NCBI GenBank assembly: GCA_964016885.1 | Contig: OZ024743.1 | Span: 159,650,001-159,714,000, forward strand | DNA length: 64,000 nt | Direction: 5' to 3' | From: Eledone cirrhosa | Lineage: Eukaryota | Part shown: in pieces, positions 12,684 to 25,190 of the stretch | How positions within the stretch are numbered: position 1 is the stretch's first letter | Layout of the letters: every line of letters starts with the position of its first letter | Made by a program: the position numbers and the translations under genes | The notes under the pieces: model-generated | The model's database searches: none | What the model was told of the DNA's origin: nothing | The model's input: the letters and a program-made list of their open reading frames with translations, nothing else

Positions 12684-14459
12684 GTATGTATGTATATATA
12701 TATAATAGATTGTGAGATGCCAATCAATATGAATAAAAACTTATAAAAAAATTCTAGTCAATGAGATTTAAATGTTGTGTTTTTAATCGATTTCCTCCTT
12801 GACATAATGATATAGTTTATTGTCAATGAAATGTTCAGTGATAACTCATCTTTTTCTGGAAATATTTTCTATCGTCGACAGGTTACCAGAAACGAGAATG
12901 TTCAGCCACAGACTATTCCGATATCTTTTTGCTTCAATAAAACAATTATAATTCTTGAATTTTATCATGATTTAAACCATCAAGTTACTTGAACTTTTTG
13001 AATAGCCTCTTGTAACATCGTAAGCAAGTACGTTTTCAATTACATTCCAATGGGTTCTGATCAGTTCACAAAACATACATGAACACAATTAGCTTGACAG
13101 TAGACTTATTCAGAAAAAGAATAATATTATTCAGTATTTCCGTGGTATTAACACAAAAAGAAAAGAAATTCCTGAATTTAAATACAGAGAGGAATAGCAG
13201 ATTTCCTTTTTCCTCTCTGAATTAAATATTCTCCTCTGCTTGAACTTACTGTATTATTATTATTTTCCAGTGCAGCCCACGACCACGTATATTAAGAACA
13301 GCTACTATTGACCACTAGAGAGCAAGAAAAGTGAAAGTTCCCAAATAATGATTCTATTTTGTTCCAAGATGCTTTGCGTCATTATTGTCACAATGCTACA
13401 ACTATTCAATCATCTTCAAAAATGTAATACCTATTTCAGTGACATACTTTTTTCAAATGGAGTGGAACTAAACCCAGATTCCTATCCATGGCTGAAAGCT
13501 TCAGTATACATTTATACAAGTTGGAAAGAAGAAAGAAGGAAGGACAGAAAGTATTGACCACCAGTTTTGATTGTCTTCTCCCCAAGTTGGTGTGAATAAA
13601 TATGGCTGATGCTAAGCTAGAGTAACTGAAGGTCAATGACTGTAGGATATACATAAAATATGGTGGCGTCAAATAAGGGGCAATTTTGTCTAGCTCCTTT
13701 TAATGTGTTTGTGAAACAAAAAATGACCCTTCTTAGTTCTTAGCCTTTAAATCTAATTATATAAGAAATCTGACAATGATACCGTAATAATATCTCAACG
13801 TGTTACATACGTGGTTTGAAATAACATAATGACACTTCTCCTTTTCAAACGGTATGACAAGTATAATTTCCTATTTTACTTTGCACCAAATGTAAGATTT
13901 ATATTAAGCGTACACATGAACATATATATTTGTGTCAGCAAATGATATTGATACAAATGATATTGATGCAAAGCCCTTGATTTTCGAGATAAATTAAAAA
14001 TATGATATATTGAAAAGTCACTACTGAAACAAAGTAGGTCACATGTCTCCTTGATAAGTGCTGATCTGAGATTAAACAAAAGTAACGATGCAATAATGAA
14101 ATCCCTAAAAAGACACTGTTAGAAATACAGTCAAATATCTCTAAATACTACACTAAATAAACAACTAGTAAGATATGTAGATAGAATTCACAAATAGGTG
14201 TTTCATTTATTGCATTAAGGTATAGTTAGTTTGCAATACGGCGTTGCTATCTTCCCATAAGAAGAACATGGAGTAAGTGATATTCTGCCAAGAAATATAT
14301 CTGTACGGCACAACATAGGAATACAAAATACGCGACGGGTTATGTTGCTTTTCTGCAGTCATTCTACATAAAAAGGTGTAGAAAGCAATTATGCGAATAT
14401 AAACAAAATATAGAGCCAAATCTTTCTCGATACGAAATTTACATATTTCCAAAAGGTAA

Positions 14460-14720
<261 letters not shown>

Positions 14721-15159
14721 CTGAAAAATATTTTGCAAACTGATAACATTCATTCTGGACTCCGACATATTGCATATTAGACAATAGGTGGATCCATTCT
14801 GTCTGTAATGCTCGAACTTAGAAAATATATCTGATCAAGATTGTAATTATTGCTTATCATAAAAAGATTCCTTTTCACTCACATAAATCTGGAAATTGAA
14901 TATTCCAACGCCAATAGGTGAACTGATTTTAGATGTATTGATACTCATATATTCATACTAGCTGACGTACCCAGTTTCGCCCGGGTAAACAGATGATAAG
15001 AGAAGACAGGTAAAAGAGAAAATGACTGTAATGGATGTTTGTCTGGTATGAGGCGAGTCCGTGGTGTCTGTGTGATACCAAAAACAGTTAAACAAATCTT
15101 CCAGATATACCAGATTCTTCGTTGTACCGTTTGTGCATAGTATATGAACATCTACGTGC

Positions 15160-15280
15160 TCCCACCTAGAATAGTGACCTCCAAGAGATGTTTCATCTGC
15201 TGCCTGACTGTAAAACGTGTATCATTGCATAGACGTGGTTGTTCCAGGTTTCTTAAAAGGATGATGGAAGTTCCAATCTT
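15160..15280 (-). pseudogene. Second, divergent PIF1 helicase fragment in the Helitron 3' region
   Basis: Manual minus translation KIGTSIILLRNLEQPRLCNDTRFTVRQQMKHLLEVTILGG, compared with KKGMPIILLRNMNHKMGLCNGTSL in the main gene. Confidence 0.75.
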
Positions 15281-15761
15281 TTATATTATATCTATATATA
15301 GATATAGATAATTAATATAAAAGATGTCCGTCAATGTAAAAAAAAAGGTCCCTATTTACTTGAAATGGTTTATACAAATGCCAAATTAATATGGATATGG
15401 ATAACATGCTTATTTATAAGTGGTCAGCTATAATAATAAAACAACAAATTATATAACACAAATATTTATTCAGTAATTTCCAGGCTCTTAGCCACTGAGT
15501 AATAGACAGTCAATATTGCCCAGAGTTCAACTTGGGGAGGTGGCTTGGTTTGAACTCCTAATAGCGGATCCTTCTACTTCGAAAATAGAATCGTTTTTCA
15601 ATATTACTCTAGCCCTGGCCGGCCATAAGCACCAAACGTTTTGCCAGACTCAGTATATGATGAGGTTTTATTACCACCGCTATCAGAAGCGATAAATTTG
15701 AAGGCAATTTCTACCAATACTTGTTGGTTTTTATTGCGCAACATAGCAGTGAAAGTAATTT

Positions 15762-18700
15762 TTACCAATACTGTAATACTCTGTTAGTGGTATTAATTGC
15801 AAATGTTATATGATCAGGATCGCACACTCGAGATGCAGCAACATACAGTTGCCCATGGCTGAATGCTGGATCATTCAAGTAGACACCGATTCGATTAAAA
15901 GTCTGTCCCTGTGCCTTGTTGACAGCCATGGAGAAGGCCAAATTGACGGGAAACTGTCTCCTTTGCCAAATGAATGGCAGCAGATCTTCACTTGGTTTCA
16001 GCATGATCCTCGGAATGAGAACCGATTCCTCTCTGCCTGGGAGTTTAGCTTCTAAAACTCTTCCGTTAATCAATCTCTCAACAATCAAGCTGGTACCATT
16101 GCAAAGACCCATTTTATGATTCATATTTCTAAGCAATATAATCGGCATACCCTTTTTCAACCTCAAAATATGTGGGCGGAATCCGGGTATTTGAAGTGAA
16201 TTCAGATACTCAGTCGGAACATCCATATTGTTCTGCTATTAAGGCTCCATTGCATCTGCACTGACGGTCAACCATTCCTCTCCAGGAAACATTCCGGCTA
16301 CTTGTGAATTTATTTCATGACCGTTGCATTCGTATGAGTTAGAATAACGGGTTTCAATATCCAGGAGATATTCTGCCTAAAAGCATTCAAATTAGGGAAC
16401 ACCCACTCAATCAATTCTTGGCCGTCCAGTGGAATGACCAAATGGTCTGGGATACTTCCCAGTCTGATTATTACCAACGTGTGGCAATTCATCGTTTCCC
16501 AACTGCATAAACCATCGGCCGTATGTCTCATATTATGTCGCATATTATCGTGTAATCGCAAAACTCTGAAATGGTGCCACAACGGGAACTTTTTCAGACA
16601 TGCATCGACAATTTGCGCTCTTTGAGCATTCCTAACAATTGGTAGCACCTGTCTGAAATCGCCACCAAGAACGATAGTCTTACCACAAAATGGCAGGTCA
16701 CTACCGCAGATATCTATCAAGGTTATGTCCAATGCCTCCAGCAAATATCTGTGTGCCATTGGAGCCTTGTCCCAAATAATCAGAGACGTATTGCGTATAA
16801 GGCCTGCGAGTTCACTTTGTCCTGTAATGTTACAGACACTCAACTCATCCGGAGCCAATGTAGCCTTGAAGCATGAGTGGAAGGTCCTTCCACCTCTCAG
16901 CAAAGTGGCAGTGATCCCACTGGTGGTCAAAGGGAGAGCAATCTTCCTCTGAGCTCTGACTGCCGATAACATAGTGTTGAAACAGAATGTCTTTCCAGTG
17001 CCTCCTGGAGCATCTATGAAAGCACAAAGTTGCTCATTAGTGAAAATCAAGTGGAGAACGCCATCGACCAATTCTCTCTTAGATTGGGTCAACATTGGCA
17101 TACGTTCATCCACAATACGTTTCTTTTCCAGTGGATCAAACTGGAATAGTTCCCTCCGATCGAGTGGAAACCGTCTAAGCTGCAATCTCATGTTCAATGC
17201 TAAGACACGTTGCCGCATTTCTACATCAGGAATTGGCAAATTGAAATCTCTTAAACATTTCAAATGAACTTCAAGCAGTTGCTCAATATTGAGCAAAACA
17301 ATAGCTTTCATCAAATGTTCATCATCGACCTGAAGATGATGCCTAAAATCATCAGCCATAATTTCCTAATGGCGTTCAAATAACTCTCTTGGATCGGCAG
17401 GATTGCAGAATTCTAGAATCGTGACAAACAACTGCCTTATTTGAGCTGGCATCTGTGTTGTTCCTGCAGCTTCCATGGCGTTATTCCATTCAGCGTCATC
17501 CCGAAGGAGTCCCAGATGTAGACACAGGCTGGTATGTTTCATATTCCTCGCCAATGATTGTTTTCAAATCAGCGAAGCTCTGTTAACCTCTCGAAAAATC
17601 ATTATGCAACAGAATTCGGAGATAAAACACATCACCAGATGCTGGATGGACATTACAAACCCGTCCAATAGTCATGAATCTCAACTTTTGTTTTCTATCA
17701 TTCCATTTCTTTCCCGTCTTATCCCACGTATAGTGCGAAGGGAAATCGCAGTAGAGTTGCCTTTGATCCGGGTTCAAAGCATGTTCCCTATTATGCTTGT
17801 AGCACTCAGTCAATTCCGTCTTAGGAGGTGATGCGTTAGCAATTCTTTCGACACCACTTCTAAGGTCCTGAAAACAGACCATTTGCCTATTCTCTAAGTG
17901 AATCGTCAGTTTCTGAACGCTGGGTTTGCGTTCATTGAGATAAAAATCGAACAATCTCCAGCATGCCTCGCTAGATCCAATCGCGCTAACATCCTGGAAC
18001 CGGCCAACATCATCTCCTTCGTTCGCTTCCTTATTCCTGACGTTGATCATTGCCCGATCATGACCTTTGAAAACATATTTGAATAGATATTTGCAAGCTT
18101 TCACTAATCTACAAATTTCCACATTAATATGACAACGATATTTCATAATCAAATATGGATTGTATGGCACAACCCATTGATTTGTAACCTGTCGACCGTT
18201 TACATTTTCGACCAAACCGCCATCGGTAGGCGACCGTCATCTGCATGATGGATGAGCATCCCTATCCTTCCAGGAAGTGTTCGTGACAAAAGATTTCGGA
18301 AAGTGCTTAGTGCATTGGCCATTTTTCATGCAAGGCGTTTTCCGATTTGCTACTCCGCATTGGTTGTGCACCATTGACTTTGCCACCAAGTTGCGTAGTG
18401 CCTCATTCTCCGGCAGTTCAGCACACACAATGCTGTCCACATCATTCAGCACATCTCAATTTGCAATCTCTATGTAAAATGATCAGCAAATGTGCATGTG
18501 GCAATCTTCTCTTTTGGAATTTTGGAATTCAATTATGTATGTAAAGGCAACTATACCTCCAAAGATTCCCTCTTTTTCCGCATCATCCATTATCTTTTTC
18601 AGATATCCTTTGAATACTCTTGCCACAATATCAGGACGGTCCTTTGGCTGTTGTCCTGGCATAAGTGCATCCTTAATATCAGTCCATTCAGGATTGCATG

Positions 18701-20261
18701 CAACCGTTATACCCAAATCTGGCTTTCCAAACTTTCTCACAATAGCCATTGCATCCTGATAGCGAATATTCATATATCTCGGGCCGCCGATTAACGACGA
18801 TGGCAAAATGATGCGTCGACCAGTTAGCTTGTAATTGGCACCATCGGCTGTTATCGCATCCTGTATATTATTATACAATTCAGCTCTGATATGTTGCTGA
18901 TGTGTAGCTATATAATTTAGCCTTTGATTTTTGATCTTTGCGAATGCCATACAACAGTATTCCTGGAACAATCTGCTGGCTTGAAATAGTGCATTTCTCT
19001 GTTGATTCCTCTCCTTCAAATAGAACGCGTAAAAGTCGCGAATCGAATTGTTGTGACTATTGTCACCTCCCTGTTCATGCTGATTCTCATGATCATCTAA
19101 ATGAACAGACATGTTCCAACCATTTTCACCTTTTGGAAATAAAAGAACATAATGCAATGGATCGTATGCCCTATTTGACTCATTGATAGTCTTGAGACCA
19201 CCATCTCTGCGATTGAGGACGATATCTCTCGATCCAGGCTTATCGTCCATCAACACAGCAACTTCACCAAATCCTTCAGGGGCATTATATCGCTGTTCGT
19301 GCTGAATCCTGGGCACTGCGTCAGCCTTAATCACCAATGTTTGCTGCTGAACATTTTGCAGTTCAGCCACCAACATGAAATCTATAACATAAGGATTACA
19401 CTGTGTAAGCCATGATTGCAAATCACGGATCAAATCACTTAACCTTTACAGTTCAAGTTCAGTTATATTTCCCGGCAACTTCATCCAACCGATCCTGATA
19501 TCCTCCTTCGATTCACTATAATCTGGATCGTTAACGTAAATTAGAGCGAATTGAGGCCTCTCTCCTGGGGTAACTTCTAAATTACCAACACAATGATACA
19601 AATGGCCTTGAATGACTACATTCGGTTGCCATGCTCCACTCTCAAACATCTCACTAACTCTCTGCGATGCCAAAGCTAATGAATTGTTAATTTGCCGTGA
19701 ATATTTGCGCAGTAATCTACCTCGGTCTCCTTCATCACACCACATAATTAGTATTTTAAACTCCGGTGACTCCTCATCATCCGGCATTCGCAAGGGTTCT
19801 AGTTGAACTGCTCCTTTATGACAGCACATTGTGATCCACATCTTTTCGTGCTTCAAAAGCAATGCTACACAATGTGGACACTCTGCTCGTCCACCAATCT
19901 GAAAATGACACAGTTGCCATGATCTATTTTTAATATCATTCGATCGCCTTCTAGCCTCTTTACTGGAATGAGGAGCACTTTGGCGACACATACTCTGAAC
20001 TTCTGTATTGCGCTGGCGCTGTTCAGCCAGCCCCTCTTCATCCATCGCAGCATGCCGTCGCTGCTTGGCTCCAGTGTTTCGTTGGCGTTGTTCAGCCAGC
20101 TCCTCTTCATTCATGGTGGCACGTCTTCGCCTCTGAAGTTCGGCGTTCCGATGGCGCTGATTGGCCCGTTTTTCTTCATTGTTGGCTGCATGCCATCGCC
20201 GCATTAGTTCACTGTTTGATAAAGTCCAATTGCTTTTATTATCAGTATTCATTTCGAGCAA
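15762..20261 (-). pseudogene. Helitron Rep (HUH) / PIF1 helicase gene broken into at least 7 ORFs by frameshifts and stops
   Basis: CPHC..CC Zn finger; Rep motifs KPDLGIT.ACNPEW, IEFQ/RLPHAH, KYLFKYVFKG; PIF1 motifs DAPGGTGKT, IIWD.APM, GGDFRQVLP, QFPV.LAF...NKAQGQT, FSHGQLYVAASRV. Confidence 0.95.
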
Positions 20262-20725
20262 TTGTCAAAAAATGACACAATAATAAATAAAAAAGATGTT
20301 CGGCAACGTAAAGAAAGGTCCCTATTTACTCCCTTCACAACTCTGTGTATGTTAGACTGACAGCCAGGCATACAGACATATAAACAGCGTGGCGATTGTG
20401 GAACGCCACACACATACACGCATGGAATCGCTTACACGCACGCAAACTTACACACGCACACACTCACACATGTTGATAGTTTTTACTTTCTGTGGAACGC
20501 TGCACGCACACACATAAACATACGCGCAAGTACATACACACGCACACATATTAATAGTTATTGAACACAGCGTTCACACTTACCCCTCTCACTCCCTCAT
20601 TGGCATTATGCATATTAATTTCAGTTGGCGTTTTTGAGGTGGGCGGAGTCGTTTGAAATATATGAACCAATGATAATCGAGAATTATGACACGTAATAAT
20701 GACGTTCTTGAAATTAATAAATAGA

Positions 20726-21312
20726 CTAGCTGACGTATCAAGCTTCGCCCGGGTAAAAAGATGATAAGAGAAAAGGTCCCTATTTACTCCCTTCAGAACT
20801 TTGTGTATGTAAGACTCACATATAGGCACACAGACAGATAAACTGCATGGCGATTGTGGAACGCCGCATGTACACACACATACACGCATGGAAACGCGCA
20901 CACGCACGCAAACTTACACACGCACCAGTGTACTTACACACACGTACACACCCACACATGTTGATAGTTTTACTTTCTGTGGAACGCTGCACGCACGCAC
21001 ACACATATAAACATACGCGCACGTACATACACGCGCACGCATGTTAATAGTTATTGCTTTCCTTCCCGTCTTACTTCCACACATATCACACACACACATG
21101 TCTCTACATTGACACATATACATAGTGTATCCAACACAGCGTTCACTTTGCCTCTCTGTTTCTTACTCACCCCTCTCACTCCCCCATTGGCATTATGCAT
21201 ATTAATTTAAGTTTGGCATAAAGGTGGGCGGAGTCGTTTGAAACCTATGAACCAATGATAATCGAGAATTATGACATACGGAATACTGACATTGTTGAAA
21301 TTAATAAATATA
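20726..21312 (-). mobile_element. Non-autonomous deletion derivative of the adjacent Helitron, in head-to-tail tandem
   Basis: Same 3' end (ctagctgacgta..cgcccgggtaaa) as 14958; 20770-21310 duplicates 20315-20723. Confidence 0.88.
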
Positions 21313-21373
21313 TATTCATATAGGAAGAAAAATAGCTTGCATACACACCACGGTATGTATGTATGTGTTTATG

Positions 21374-21404
<31 letters not shown>

Positions 21405-21554
21405 TCTAAGGCGGGTAAAATTCCCGAGATCCATGGACGAGTTCTCTCCAGCGGTCTCTGTCCCTCATTATCGCTGCCATGTCCTGCGTCTCCAATAGAC
21501 CAGTGTCTGTCCTTAAGGCATCAACATACGTTAACCTTGGTCTTCCTCTTCTAG

Positions 21555-21660
21555 TCCCAAAAGTCAGCTCAAAAGCGACACAGAGGAGACTGAGGTTAGC
21601 TGGACATGCTCACCGACATCCAGAGTTGACATTGCACTCAGTGCTCCTTTGGGAGCCCCT
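21555..21660 (+). mobile_element. Small RTE-like LINE 3' fragment
   Basis: QRRLRLAGHAHRHPEL..LLWEP. Confidence 0.55.
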
Positions 21661-22029
21661 ACATATATATATATATATACACACATATATACAATATATA
21701 TATATATATATATCAAAGGTATGTGTTGAGTTAGAATCTCAAAATAGTCTCATTACAGAAAATTAGCTCTAGGAAAGAGGTTTTTCCGAACCGTATATTA
21801 TAACTGAACAAAAAAGAAAAACGATCACAGACATATACATATATGTGTTCAAATCGTATGGACCAGAATAACTAAGGTGATAAAAATACTAACTACAGAC
21901 AATAGGTTTTGCCAGACTCAATTTTTAAAAAATCAAGAAAAATAAATACAAACCTTAATTGTGGTAACAACCGAACACCCGGACAGTTTTGATTGAACTC
22001 ATTCGCAATATTATTTGTGAAAAGGAGTA

Positions 22030-23660
22030 CCAAAATCCTAAGCTCATCAGCTTGTGAATAATAATTGTTGGAAAAGTGAGTATGCTAAAGCAGCTGCACA
22101 GAAATATGAAAGCATGGGTTATATTCAATGGCCAACTATCTGGGGAAATCTCAATTGACAACGGGATAAAGCAAGATGATATTCCTGCTCCTACGCTTTT
22201 ATCCATATCTTCTTTGTTGCCATGTTCACACATCCTCTGCATGATTGTAACAGAGGCATTCTTTTACCACTGAAAAGGTTTTCAACTGAAGAATGTTTAA
22301 TGCCAAGACAAAAACGTTACAAGATCTGATCAGAAATCTTCTTTACGCCGACGACGCTAACTTCCTCGTACATACAGAAGCTGAAACGCAACACATTATG
22401 GCCATTTCTCATCCTCTTGTACAACATTTGGGCTTACATTCAGCCTTAAAAAAACAAATTAATGTTTAGCCCTGCTCCTGGAGAACTTTATATTGAACCC
22501 CATATCATGGTTGATGGAACGAGACTGGGAGTAGTAGATAAAAGTGTTTACGTGGGTAGCACACTCTCAAATGATAGCTCCTTGGATGCTGAAATACATC
22601 TGCGCATCCAGAAGGCCTCTGTTGCTTTCGGAAAATTGGAAAAGATAGTTTGGGCAAATCGCAACATTACCAACATTACCAAGGTGTGTGTGTGTGTGTG
22701 TCTAGATCATGTATTCTGTCTGCTCTTTTATACTCCGCTGAAACCTGGACGCTATTCTGTAAACATATCAAATAGTTTGAGCATTTTCAGAAGAAAAGTT
22801 TAAGGCACACATTCAACACCAAGTGGAAAGACAGAACTCCAGACTTCCATGTTCTTATCAAAGCAGAATGGCCATGCATTGAGTCCACAGTAATATCTTC
22901 TAAAATACGCTGGACAGGACATATCGTCCGCATGAAAGAATGCAGGATCCCGAAGCAACTGTTTTACGGTGAGCTCTATCTTGGAAAAAGAACTCAACAC
23001 TAACCGAAAATAGGTTCAGGGACTGAATCAGGAGCAATCTCAAAGTTCTGGCATTTGATATAGACAACTGGGAGGAGATAGTTCTAAATAGGGCTGAGTG
23101 GAGAAAGCGCATAAAGGGCAGTTGCAAATCATTTGAGGAATGTCGTCTAGAATGTAAACACCTGAAGCGTCAGCTCTGGAAGGGCTGTGCTCACAGTTTT
23201 TATGGAGTCATCAGTAGTTGGACATGCAATTTCTGTCAGAGTGTACTCCTCTCAAAGGCTGGTTATGTTAATCACCTGAAGTGAGATGAAAGGATAACCA
23301 CCTACAACACTACTCAACAAAGACCTGGCGAAACAACGTGCGTGATATGCAACAAAGTGTGTAGAACTAGTTCCGGACTAAAATGACACATGGTGGTACA
23401 TAAAGATGGTGCACCACACGGTGAAACCAACGGTCCTATGGAAAGTACAACTCTCTTCTGTCACATTTCGTAAACCAAGCAGATCTACAGCTGGTCTACA
23501 AAGTCATCTACGAAGATATGGAGGCAGATGGGATGATAACGAAGAATCAATAAGAGACGGTAATCGGCTGTGAAGACGCTGCACTCCATGTATGTATGTA
23601 TGTATGTATGTATGTATGTATGTATGTATGTATGTATGTATGTATGTATGTATGTATGTG
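22030..23660 (+). mobile_element. 5'-truncated RTE LINE with C-terminal C2H2-like fingers and (ATGT)n tail
   Basis: GIKQ..IPAPTL, LLYADD, YVGSTLS..IHLRIQKASVAFGKL, RIPKQLFYGEL, CNFC..H and CVIC..H motifs; tail 23588-23659. Confidence 0.85.
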
Positions 23661-23800
23661 CACAGTCCTTCCTCACATTAAAACAAAAAAATCTTCACGC
23701 ACAGGTGTTGCACGATAGAATTGATAAATAATTACTAATAATGTTATATCGTGCAATGGCCATACTCGACAACGATGGCGCAGCCATCATGTATGTATAT
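23660..23800 (+). mobile_element. 3' part of RTE-derived non-autonomous element (paralog of 32390-32530)
   Basis: Reverse-complement similarity to 32390-32527; ends gccatcatgtatgta. Confidence 0.7.
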
Positions 23801-24089
23801 TCTTATGGTTTTATAATTTCACAAATGTTTTCCCAATAAAGAGAGAGTCGGTTTCTAACATAGTTACAAGACTCACTCATTGGAATTTACACATCAACTA
23901 GGTAGATTATGTATGCATGCATGTGTAGATATGGATGTTATTGTATGTGTGGATGTGTATGTTTTGAGTTGTATGTGTGCATGTGTATATGCTTTGCATC
24001 TGTACATGTGTATATGCAGTTATTAGATGCAAAATGTTTGGAATGTTTTACATATTTGTACTGTTCCATTAATGGATTGTACTTGTAAT

Positions 24090-24250
24090 TTCCTAACGAG
24101 TTGTGTTCTTTCTGTTCCTGTGAAACCTAGCTTCTCAGGATTTGTATTGAGGCAGTTACTAACATACCCAGTGCCCCAATATTCACAGGCATAAATCTGA
24201 AGGTATAATCAGGTTGTAGTAGCTGCAGATTTCTCAGCAGTTCTGCATAA
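24090..24250 (-). mobile_element. RLE-type (R4/NeSL-like) retrotransposon C-terminal fragment
   Basis: YAELLRNLQLLQPDYTFRFMPVNIGALG. Confidence 0.55.
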
Positions 24251-24863
24251 ATATTTATGTATGTATGTATGTATGCATGTATGTGTGTGTATGGGGGGGG
24301 GGGTTGCATGTGTGTGTGTGTGTGGAAATAAAATAATGACTCAATAAAGAACTTCTTTTTCCTCGTCTTGTTATCAGCGCCATATTACTGGTCAATTAAA
24401 CTACAACTTCGCTGTGTTGTATAACAACGAAGAAATTGCTGCCTATCTATATATCTATATGTAAGTATGCATGTATACTAAGAGTGAGAAATGAAATTTC
24501 GTTTTCATTTTGTTTTAATTTATATATCTATAGATATATATCAAGAGATATATTGACATTGTAATTCAAAATTTGCACTCACCCATTCATATACATGCGT
24601 ATATCCTGTAAAAATGCTTACAGTTGTAGTGGGAAGTTATGTTTATCCGAGTGGTTTGATACTTTATTCTATTGTTCCAAGTTGAATTAGTTGAATTGCT
24701 ATTGTCTCGGTTTAGATTACGAGTCGACTTAATCAAGGCTAATCGACTAAACAATAACGATGTTGTTTCGTGTTGCTACATATTTCTGTCAAGCATTAGT
24801 CAAGTAGATGTATGAAACATGCGCAGTTGCTTGTTCTTATAAATACAATGCTAATATTAACGT

Positions 24864-25190
24864 GTTTCTACTTTAGGCACAAGGCCAGCAATTACCCAGT
24901 GCATTACTGGTACTTTATTTTATCGACCCCGTAAGGATGAAAGGCAAAGTCAATATAACATAACAAAGTGAATATAACATAATGAGAATATGTTGGTGAT
25001 AATTGACTCTACTTTTGGCAGAAGGCCAGTAAAAACCAAGTGAATCTCTGGTACTTTATTTTATCGACCCCGTAAGGATGAAAAGCAAAATTAACCTCGG
25101 CGGGATTTGAACTCAGATTGGAAAGGGCCGTAACTCTATGCATCAAAGCATGGCGTCCGACCCTCTACCGATACTGCCAATCCACCACCG
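24864..25190 (-). mobile_element. Two SINE copies (partial 24864-24952; 25008-25190)
   Basis: Match to the 2409-2594 family. Confidence 0.85.

Larger units (their letters stand above)
14958..20725 (-). mobile_element. Full-length Helitron (RepHel), decayed
   Basis: 5' TCTATTTATT at 20725; 3' hairpin acccgggcgaaactgggt + acgtcagCTAG at 14958, followed by T; internal RepHel coding remnants. Confidence 0.92.

Noticed and set aside
12730-14200. Possible host exon or old coding sequence (CTKC..HEHIYLC motif near 13880)
   Set aside because: Frequent stops and no recognisable family; possibly an ancient retroelement but unsupported.
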